A stretch of 64,000 nucleotides of DNA from Candidatus Nomurabacteria bacterium (GTDB lineage Bacteria > Patescibacteriota > Minisyncoccia > Phycocordibacterales > UBA9973): the NCBI GenBank assembly GCA_023267215.1, contig JAHFNS010000001.1, positions 98,736-162,735 on the forward strand, given 5' to 3'. The notes under the pieces were generated by a model, which searched no databases, had not been told where the DNA came from, and was given only the letters and a program-made list of their open reading frames with translations. This document shows positions 56,203-62,888 of the stretch, in pieces (position 1 is the stretch's first letter; each line of letters opens with the position of its first letter). The translations under genes were made by a program, and so were the position numbers.

Positions 56203-56460
56203 CTATGAAAGATGTTTAGAAACAAGCTTTGTCATTTCAAACATATTGACTACTTTTTTACCACCAAATACTTCCTTAAGGAGAGCATCAGCATTGATAT
56301 TACGCTTATTCTTTGGGTCTTGAAGATTATTCTTCTTGATATACACCCACAATGCCTTTACCACTTCAGATCTAGGCATAGAACCTTTACCGACTACTGC
56401 TGCTAATTGGAGACTCACACTCATTGGCTTCATAAATGCGGAAACTTTTTTTACTACCAT
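56203..56460 (-). CDS. SWIB/MDM2-domain protein
   Basis: PRSEVVKALWVYIKKNNLQDPKNKRNINADALLKEVFGGKKVVNMFEMTKLVSKHL matches the SWIB fold signature. Confidence 0.65.
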   Translation of the reverse strand: MVVKKVSAFMKPMSVSLQLAAVVGKGSMPRSEVVKALWVYIKKNNLQDPKNKRNINADALLKEVFGGKKVVNMFEMTKLVSKHLS

Positions 56461-56531
56461 ATTTTTTTTATTAATTAATAATATTTATATATTATAGCAC
56501 ATTTTATTAAGAATAATAGTCATATATAAAA

Positions 56532-56801
56532 TTAAAATTTATATCCTTCAGATTTTAAAATTCTTTTCTTTTTATCCGGCCCCCGATTGTATCCACCAAG
56601 CCCTCCATCAGAACGAATGACTCTATGGCAGGGAATTTTAGGGTTGTGATTTCTATTTAAAATATTCCCAACTGCCCGACTCGCTTTTATATTCCCTGCT
56701 CTCCTCGCCACTTCCTTATACGTCAAAACTTTTCCTTTTGGAATTTTCTTAACAACTTCATATACTTTTTCTGAAAAAGATTTCATATCTAGAATATTCA
56801 T
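56532..56801 (-). CDS. MGMT-family protein (methylated-DNA-protein-cysteine methyltransferase DNA-binding domain only)
   Basis: VPKGKVLTYKEVARRAGNIKASRAVGNILNRNHNPKIPCHRVIRSDGGLGGY, i.e. PCHRV active-site motif in an 89-aa stand-alone C-terminal domain. Confidence 0.75.
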   Translation of the reverse strand: MNILDMKSFSEKVYEVVKKIPKGKVLTYKEVARRAGNIKASRAVGNILNRNHNPKIPCHRVIRSDGGLGGYNRGPDKKKRILKSEGYKF

Positions 56802-56825
56802 CCCAACAAACTCCAGTTTGTAAGG
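56801..56825. promoter_or_regulatory. palindromic operator-like motif (copy 1 of 3), cccaACAAACTccAGTTTGTaagga
   Basis: Abuts the MGMT start codon. The same 14-16 nt palindrome recurs at ~58881..58904 and ~59214..59238. Confidence 0.45.
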
Positions 56826-56838
56826 ATATTAATAATAC

Positions 56839-57084
56839 TTAATCTTCAATTATTAAAAGTTTACTTTCGCTTTGATGCCCGTTTATGATGCGTATTTTGG
56901 AAAATGGAAGTTTAAAATGCAAAGAAAGAAGCTCTATCACTCGCTTATTGGCTAAATTACGCTCAGCTTTTTCTTTGACAGAAACTAAAAAATGATCTTC
57001 CGATTTTTGTTTCAGAGATTCCTTTTTCGCCTTAGTTGCAACTTTCACATGAATGTATTTCATTTTATTAAAACCAAATCTCAA
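56839..57084 (-). CDS. DUF167 (YggU-like) protein, copy a
   Basis: YIHVKVATKAKKESLKQKSEDHFLVSVKEKAERNLANKRVIELLSLHFKLPFSKIRIINGHQSESKLLII matches the DUF167 pattern. Probable start MKYIHV. Confidence 0.6.
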   Translation of the reverse strand: MRFGFNKMKYIHVKVATKAKKESLKQKSEDHFLVSVKEKAERNLANKRVIELLSLHFKLPFSKIRIINGHQSESKLLIIED

Positions 57085-57463
57085 TAGTAATTAAAATATC
57101 TATGCCATCATAAAGATTTTCCTGAAAGCGGATTTGTTTTTTGAGAGGCAAAATGTATGTCGGAGAATACCAATCCGGGAAAATAGAAGTCGTCCACTCC
57201 GTCTTCTTTATCTTCGCCTTGGCATAGACAGCTCCGAACCCTCTCCTCAGCTTCCCCTTCTGCATTTCCCTAATCTTCGCCGAAATATCCTCCGGCACCC
57301 GCGCAAATCTCCAAGCCGAATCTTTTTCGCTCTTGTCATACCCGTATACCCAAACAATAACCTTACTCTTAAACCTAAAAGTCCCTCTTATCTTCCCTTT
57401 TCTAATTTTTTTAGTTTTAGATTTTAGATTCTTTGGCATTAATTTTCCATACTCCTTTTTCAC
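57068..57463 (-). CDS. DUF1905 family protein, copy a
   Basis: FRFKSKVIVW...AWRFARVPEDISAKIREMQKGKLRRGFGAVYAKAKIKKTEWTTSIFPDWYSPTYILPLKKQIR matches the DUF1905 beta-barrel pattern. Lys-rich N-terminal extension. Confidence 0.6.
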   Translation of the reverse strand: MKKEYGKLMPKNLKSKTKKIRKGKIRGTFRFKSKVIVWVYGYDKSEKDSAWRFARVPEDISAKIREMQKGKLRRGFGAVYAKAKIKKTEWTTSIFPDWYSPTYILPLKKQIRFQENLYDGIDILITIEIWF

Positions 57464-58304
57464 GAAAAGCTGGGATTGTTTGACGTCTAGCCATATTAAT
57501 CAAACTGGCTAAAGATTGTAAATTTTTCTTTGCATATTCTGCCAGAGTTATTATTTCGGCACCCTTTAAATATGCAATTCTTTTATTTAGACTTTCAGAA
57601 AGAGCTAAATATAAAACTTGTTCCATTTCTTTTGTTGATTTTTTAACTTTAAAATTTGAAAAAGTTTTGTAATATATATGCTTTTCTTTATCACGAATAA
57701 TAATATTCGGATAACCAAATTCTTGAAGCTGTAAATTAATAAGGACACGACCGATACGCCCATTACCGTCACAAAATGGATGAATATGTTCAAATTCTAA
57801 ATGAAAATAAGCTATTTTTTTAAAAATATTTATATCATGATCTGTTTTATAATCATTCAATAATACTTCTACCATTCTCATGACATGTTCTGGTGCAGGT
57901 GCAATATGGTTACTGACTCTAACAAATTCACCTGCTTTTCTAAATCTACCAGCAATAGAATCATCTATTCCACCGATAAGTAAGCTATGAATAAAAAGAA
58001 CCGTTTCTTGGTTTAAGACGATGCTATTTTTTTTTGCTTTTATATATTCATAAACTCGAGCTAAATTTTTTGCTTCAAAAACCTCACGGAGTGAATAATT
58101 TTTGGAAACTTCCAAATCTAAAAGAATCTTCTCTGTGTCTGGAAGAGTGAGTGTTGAATTTTCAATTGCATTTGAGTTGTATACGGATTCAGCAAGCTCT
58201 ACTTCGTCTAAAACTGTCAAAAGAGACTCTTTCCCCTTTTTTAGAGAATCAAGAGACTTTTTTAAATTTATTATATTTTGAAACTTCTTATTTACTTTAT
58301 TCAT
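57417..58304 (-). CDS. Fic/DOC-family protein (class II-like, internal inhibitory motif)
   Basis: Fic motif HPFCDGNGRIGRVLINLQL. N-terminal SNAIEN fits the (S/T)xxxE(G/N) inhibitory-helix motif. Confidence 0.8.
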   Translation of the reverse strand: MNKVNKKFQNIINLKKSLDSLKKGKESLLTVLDEVELAESVYNSNAIENSTLTLPDTEKILLDLEVSKNYSLREVFEAKNLARVYEYIKAKKNSIVLNQETVLFIHSLLIGGIDDSIAGRFRKAGEFVRVSNHIAPAPEHVMRMVEVLLNDYKTDHDINIFKKIAYFHLEFEHIHPFCDGNGRIGRVLINLQLQEFGYPNIIIRDKEKHIYYKTFSNFKVKKSTKEMEQVLYLALSESLNKRIAYLKGAEIITLAEYAKKNLQSLASLINMARRQTIPAFREKGVWKINAKESKI

Positions 58305-58420
58305 AAATATATACTTATAGTATAGTCTATTTACTGTTTATTGTCAAGTAAAACGTAAATATGAGGTAAAAACAGCCTATATTTACGTTTTTTAATTTTA
58401 ACCTTTAAATTCTTTGGCAT

Positions 58421-58864
58421 TTATTTATCAAACTGACTAACCCAAAATATTTTTTTATCTTTTAACCATTTTAGTATCTGTTTCTTTAATGCAATTGGGT
58501 AAATTTTTTCTTTCATAAATTGCTCTTTGGAAAATAGAGCAAATTCAATATGGCCTTCTTGGCTTTTTGTTTTAATCTTTTTTACTTCTGTTTTAAATAC
58601 TAAATTTATTTCGTGACGTCTTTGCCCTTCTTCTATATAAATATTATCAGCAACACCAATAAAGGTTATTTTCTTTACTTCTATATTTAATTCTTCCTTA
58701 AATTCACGTTTAATCGCTTTTTCTATTTTTTCATTAAATTCTAAATGCCCACCTGGTAAAAAATAGTTACCATGTTTCTTACTCCTACAAATTAATATTT
58801 TATTATTATCAAAAACAACAGCTCGAATAATAACCTCAACTATATTTTTATATTTATATTTCAT
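58421..58864 (-). CDS. NUDIX hydrolase
   Basis: Nudix box GGHLEFNEKIEKAIKREFKEELNI. Confidence 0.7.
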   Translation of the reverse strand: MKYKYKNIVEVIIRAVVFDNNKILICRSKKHGNYFLPGGHLEFNEKIEKAIKREFKEELNIEVKKITFIGVADNIYIEEGQRRHEINLVFKTEVKKIKTKSQEGHIEFALFSKEQFMKEKIYPIALKKQILKWLKDKKIFWVSQFDK

Positions 58865-58880
58865 ATTTTTATATTCATCC

Positions 58881-58904
58881 TTACAAACTCCAGTTTGTAA
58901 GGAT
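58881..58904. promoter_or_regulatory. palindromic operator-like motif (copy 2), ccttACAAACTccAGTTTGTaagg
   Basis: Perfect 11-bp inverted arms. Lies between the NUDIX start and the ArsR-like stop. Confidence 0.45.
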
Positions 58905-58905
58905 G

Positions 58906-59193
58906 TTAATTAAACTGTTGAAATGATTTTAAAAAGTTAACAAACATTTTACCATATGGAGATAAAGTGTGTTCGACAAACTTACCTTTATATCTTTTAT
59001 TAACTAATCCTGCTTGATGAAGTCTTCGAGTGTGTTCACCTATTGTTTTTGGATTTGCCTTAAGCGTATCAATAATATCATCGAGAGTTATCCCATTTTC
59101 TTTTTGTACAAGGAGCAATATCTCAATGCGATAGTGATTTGCTATCCCTTTTAGATGTCGCTCCATTTGTTTTGCTGTTTTTATTTTTGCCAT
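58906..59193 (-). CDS. ArsR/SmtB-family HTH transcriptional regulator
   Basis: Start taken at MAKIKTAKQMERHLKGIANHYRIEILLLV. wHTH ...TIGEHTRRLHQAGLVNKR. Track ORF extends upstream over the palindrome. Confidence 0.6.
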   Translation of the reverse strand: MAKIKTAKQMERHLKGIANHYRIEILLLVQKENGITLDDIIDTLKANPKTIGEHTRRLHQAGLVNKRYKGKFVEHTLSPYGKMFVNFLKSFQQFN

Positions 59194-59213
59194 ATTTATA
59201 TTATATACTACAT

Positions 59214-59238
59214 CCTTACAAACTCCAGTTTGTTGGGG
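59214..59238. promoter_or_regulatory. palindromic operator-like motif (copy 3), ccttACAAACTccAGTTTGTtgggg
   Basis: ~20 nt upstream of the proposed ArsR-like start, suggesting autoregulation. Confidence 0.45.
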
Positions 59239-59251
59239 TGTTAATTTGATA

Positions 59252-59623
59252 TTAGAACCAGATTTGGATTGAGATTGAGATTTGGATATCATCATAAAGA
59301 TTTTCCTTGTAACGGATTTGTTTTTTGAGAGGCAAAATGTATGTCGGAGAATACCAGTCTGGAAAAATTGAAGTCGTCCACTCCGTCTTCTTTATCTTCG
59401 CTTTGGCATAAATAGCTCCCCATCCCCGTCGTGGCTTCCCTTTCTGCATCTTTTTAATCTTAGCCGAAATGTCCTCCGGTACCCGAGCGAATCTCCAAGC
59501 ACTATCAATATTCTCCCTATTAGTACCGTAGCTCCAAACAATAACTTTACTTTTGAATTTGAAAATCCATTTTATTTTGCTTTGACTAATTTTTTTAGTT
59601 TTAATATTTAAATTCTTTTGCAT
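59252..59623 (-). CDS. DUF1905 family protein, copy b (paralog of 57068..57463)
   Basis: AWRFARVPEDISAKIKKMQKGKPRRGWGAIYAKAKIKKTEWTTSIFPDWYSPTYILPLKKQIRYKENLYD is almost identical to copy a. Underlying DNA is also near-identical over more than 130 nt. Confidence 0.6.
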   Translation of the reverse strand: MQKNLNIKTKKISQSKIKWIFKFKSKVIVWSYGTNRENIDSAWRFARVPEDISAKIKKMQKGKPRRGWGAIYAKAKIKKTEWTTSIFPDWYSPTYILPLKKQIRYKENLYDDIQISISIQIWF

Positions 59624-59671
59624 TTTTTAAAAAAATTCATTCATCTTGTATATATTTTTTTAATATATCAT

Positions 59672-59950
59672 TTAATCTTCAATTACCAAAAGCTTACTTG
59701 GGCTTCTGTGGCCATTTATGATTCTTGTTTTTGACACAGGTATTTTGAAATGAAGAGAGATGAGTTCCAACACTCTTTTATTAGCTAAATTACGCTCGGC
59801 TTTTTCTTTGACCGAAACTTCAAAATGATCCTCAGATTTTTGCTTAAAGGATTCTTTTTTCATTCCAGCCATAACTTTTACGTGAATGTATTTCATTTTA
59901 TTATTTACTTTTTCAATGCAATTGGGTAAATTTTTTCTTTCATAAATCAA
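59672..59950 (-). CDS. DUF167 (YggU-like) protein, copy b
   Basis: MKYIHVKVMAGMKKESFKQKSEDHFEVSVKEKAERNLANKRVLELISLHFKIPVSKTRIINGHRSPSKLLVIED, paralog of 56839..57084. Confidence 0.6.
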   Translation of the reverse strand: MIYERKNLPNCIEKVNNKMKYIHVKVMAGMKKESFKQKSEDHFEVSVKEKAERNLANKRVLELISLHFKIPVSKTRIINGHRSPSKLLVIED

Positions 59951-60037
59951 TTATAACCCACTAACTCATGAATTAATAATAAAAAATCCACTTACAGAAG
60001 TGGATTTTTTAATCTAAATATTGAGATAATCTAGAGA

Positions 60038-60601
60038 TTATTTAATACAAGCTGCTTTGGCTGTTGTGAAAGCTGTATTAGCTGCTGTTTTAGCATCTTT
60101 CATAGCTACGACAGCTGCATCCTTTGCAGACTTACGAGCTGCCACGGCTGCTGTTTTAGCATCTTTCATAGCTACGACAGCTGCATCCTTTGCAGACTTA
60201 CGAGCTGCTATAGCTGTTGTCATAGCTGTCTTTTTAGCTGTTGCATTAGTCAAGGCTTTTGCTGCTGCTACAGCTATCGTATAAGTGCTATTAGCATCTT
60301 TAATAGCTCCTGTATAAGTAGTATTTGAAGATTTAACTGCTGTAACATAGGTAGTATTAGCATCTTTTACTGCTGCAGTGTAAGTTTTATTAGCATCTTT
60401 TACCGCTACCTTTTTTGCAGTAGTCGCATCTGCAACACATTTTTTTTGATCAACTGTTAATTTAGTTTTAGAAGTCGGTGCACTTGTTGTCGTTGGAGTA
60501 GTTACGTCAGTAGATGTAGTATTTTCTTGTGCATATGCAAGAGAAGATACAAACAATACACCAACCAACAATGATCCAACAAATAATTTTGATTTATTCA
60601 T
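60038..60601 (-). CDS. secreted Ala/Lys/Thr-rich repeat protein
   Basis: Signal peptide MNKSKLFVGSLLVGVLFVSSLAYAQ. Protein repeats KDANxTYTxAV and a perfect 22-aa tandem AARKSAKDAAVVAMKDAKTAAV x2. Confidence 0.6.
   Translation of the reverse strand: MNKSKLFVGSLLVGVLFVSSLAYAQENTTSTDVTTPTTTSAPTSKTKLTVDQKKCVADATTAKKVAVKDANKTYTAAVKDANTTYVTAVKSSNTTYTGAIKDANSTYTIAVAAAKALTNATAKKTAMTTAIAARKSAKDAAVVAMKDAKTAAVAARKSAKDAAVVAMKDAKTAANTAFTTAKAACIK
60081..60212. repeat. 66-bp perfect tandem duplication inside the repeat-protein gene
   Basis: gctgctgttttagcatctttcatagctacgacagctgcatcctttgcagacttacgagctgc occurs twice back to back (period 66 nt). Confidence 0.6.
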
Positions 60602-60724
60602 AATTTATTTTATATTTATTATTTTAATAAACTAATATATTCGACCTTTTGCTATCTATAGTATATACGATAGAGAAGACTTGAATATGACAAAATTATT
60701 TATTAAAAATACGTTTTTTTACTT

Positions 60725-61900
60725 TTATTTTTTTCTATTCTCTCTAAAAGAATCATCAAATATCTCATAATAATCAGCATATATGTATTTCTGTCCATAA
60801 TCTATATTACCCAGAGACTCTAGAATTCCCAATTTCTTAAGTCTTTCAATAACCTTATAAGCACCTGGTGCAGTAAAACCAGTCCACTTCATAATTTCTG
60901 CTACACCAACTATTGGCTGACTAAAAAGTTTTCTAACAATTTCTAATGTTGACTCCGCTGATTTTTTACCTAATTTCTGCATTTTAGCAAAATCACGATC
61001 ACGTAAAGCTGTAATTTTTGTACAAGTTTCAATTGAAGAATCAGCTATTTCTATTACACCTTCAAGAAAAAATTCTAACCAACTATTAATATTAGAATCT
61101 TCGTCGTGATAATCTTGTAATTTCTGATAATATAGTTTTTGATATTTTTTGAAATAACTTGAAAGATATAAAACAGGTAATTCAAGTAACCCGATATGAT
61201 GAATAAACATCGCTATAAGTATTCTACCTGTTCTACCGTTGCCATCAGTAAAGGGATGAATTGTTTCAAATTGCGCATGTAAAAATGCAGCCTTTATTAA
61301 AGAAGGATAATCATCTTTATCGTTAATAAATTTTTCTAAATCATCAAGAGATTTATTCATATCTAAAACAGCAGGAGGAACAAAAGATGCATCACTTGGA
61401 GTTTTTCCTCCAATCCAATTTTGGGAATGACGAAATTCCCCAGGATAAGCATGTTGAGTAGAACGTGCATCCACCATGAGTCTTTCATGTAGCTCTTTAA
61501 TAAATCGTAAAGAAAATGGAAAATCTTTCACACGATCAATGCCATAATTTGCAGCTCTTATGTAGTGTTCTATGTCGTCTACATCTTTATTCTTTCTCTC
61601 TTTTTTTTCAGTGACTGGCGCCGCTACGGCATCTTGCATTGTAGCTTTCGTTCCTTCTATTTGACTTGAATAAGTTGCATCCTTAGCAACGAACATGAAA
61701 ACAAAATAATCTTTATCTGGTAAAAGACGAGTGATACCATCAAGTTTACCAACAAGACGAATTGCTTCCTCATGTTTTTTATACAACTTAGGACTGATAA
61801 AAAAACCTTCCTTGGGTGGAAAATCAAAAGGGGTAAAGGTTTTATATCCTCCTTTTTGCTCTATATATCTACCTATTTTTTGTTTGTTTATATTGCTCAT
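60725..61900 (-). CDS. Fic-family protein, long form with C-terminal winged-helix domain
   Basis: Fic motif HPFTDGNGRTGRILIAMFI. YSSQIEG fits the (S/T)xxxE(G/N) inhibitory motif. 391 aa. Confidence 0.8.
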   Translation of the reverse strand: MSNINKQKIGRYIEQKGGYKTFTPFDFPPKEGFFISPKLYKKHEEAIRLVGKLDGITRLLPDKDYFVFMFVAKDATYSSQIEGTKATMQDAVAAPVTEKKERKNKDVDDIEHYIRAANYGIDRVKDFPFSLRFIKELHERLMVDARSTQHAYPGEFRHSQNWIGGKTPSDASFVPPAVLDMNKSLDDLEKFINDKDDYPSLIKAAFLHAQFETIHPFTDGNGRTGRILIAMFIHHIGLLELPVLYLSSYFKKYQKLYYQKLQDYHDEDSNINSWLEFFLEGVIEIADSSIETCTKITALRDRDFAKMQKLGKKSAESTLEIVRKLFSQPIVGVAEIMKWTGFTAPGAYKVIERLKKLGILESLGNIDYGQKYIYADYYEIFDDSFRENRKK

Positions 61901-61966
61901 ATCAATGTAAACATTTTACCCTATTTCGTTTATATTTGCAACTAAGATATAAACTCAGAAGCCTAC

Positions 61967-62137
61967 TCATTTTTTCTTATCTTGATCTTTTGGAAAGTTA
62001 TTCAAAAAATTCTGCAAGCTAAAAGCTTTTAGTAAGGCCTCTTCAGTCGGGTTCGGATTTCCCCTAATAAGTCTACACACCTCGCAATCATCGTCATCAA
62101 AATCTTCTTCCTTTGGTTTTTTAATTTTTTTCGACAT
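61967..62137 (-). CDS. possible small acidic protein (56 aa) upstream of the long fic gene, not in ORF track
   Basis: MSKKIKKPKEEDFDDDDCEVCRLIRGNPNPTEEALLKAFSLQNFLNNFPKDQDKKK. Co-directional and immediately 5' of fic. Coordinates approximate. Confidence 0.3.
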   Translation of the reverse strand: MSKKIKKPKEEDFDDDDCEVCRLIRGNPNPTEEALLKAFSLQNFLNNFPKDQDKKK

Positions 62138-62162
62138 AAATATATTTTATACTAATTTTCTA

Positions 62163-62888
62163 TTAAATGCTTACTCCTAAAATTTCCAATTTATCTTTAA
62201 CTTTTTCCCATTTTGGAAATTTTTTATTGAACAACTCAAAAAACCTTTTGTCATGATTTTTGTATTTTAAATGACAAAGTTCATGAACAATTACGTAGTC
62301 AATACATTCTTTGGGTGTACTAATGAGCTTAGGATTGAGAAAAATTTTATCTTTATTCAAAAAACTACCCCAGCGTTTTTTCATTTCTCGTATTTTCAAA
62401 ACTGGATTATTTTTGTAATCAAATTTATTCAACATAGCAGAAAATCTTTCAAGAAAGATTTTCTGCATTTTTTCTAGAAACCAAACATCAATTAATTTCT
62501 TATTGTGCTTACCATTTGATACTAGTTTAGTCGTAGACACCATTAGTTTGCCTTTTGTAAGGGTGACCAGATCTCCCTTGCCGTGTTTAACGACAAGTTT
62601 GTATTGCCTGCCAAGATATAAATATCCTTCACCAGAAATATATTCTTTTTCATAAATATTCCTTTGGTATTTTTTAAAAAAAGAAAGTTGTTTTTCCAAC
62701 CAAAACCACTTTCTTTTTAGAAATGCCTCAATCTTTTTATCATCAGCCTTGTGCGGACACTTAAGGATAATCTTTAGTTTTGGAGTAACTGTCAAAGAAA
62801 GAGTTTTTCTATCTTGTTTTATAAGTTGGTATTCATATATGAATGTGCCAAAAATAAACTTCTTCATATAATTATATAAATAATTCAA
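62163..62888 (-). CDS. DUF45/YgjP-like zinc metallopeptidase-fold protein (HExxH)
   Basis: IDYVIVHELCHLKYKNH (HExxH) near the C-terminus. Start overlaps the 3' end of the hsdR-like gene. Confidence 0.7.
   Translation of the reverse strand: MNYLYNYMKKFIFGTFIYEYQLIKQDRKTLSLTVTPKLKIILKCPHKADDKKIEAFLKRKWFWLEKQLSFFKKYQRNIYEKEYISGEGYLYLGRQYKLVVKHGKGDLVTLTKGKLMVSTTKLVSNGKHNKKLIDVWFLEKMQKIFLERFSAMLNKFDYKNNPVLKIREMKKRWGSFLNKDKIFLNPKLISTPKECIDYVIVHELCHLKYKNHDKRFFELFNKKFPKWEKVKDKLEILGVSI

Noticed and set aside
60057-60284. Plus-strand Ala-rich 75-aa ORF
   Set aside because: It is antisense to the secreted Ala-rich repeat protein gene. The repeat DNA is open in several frames.
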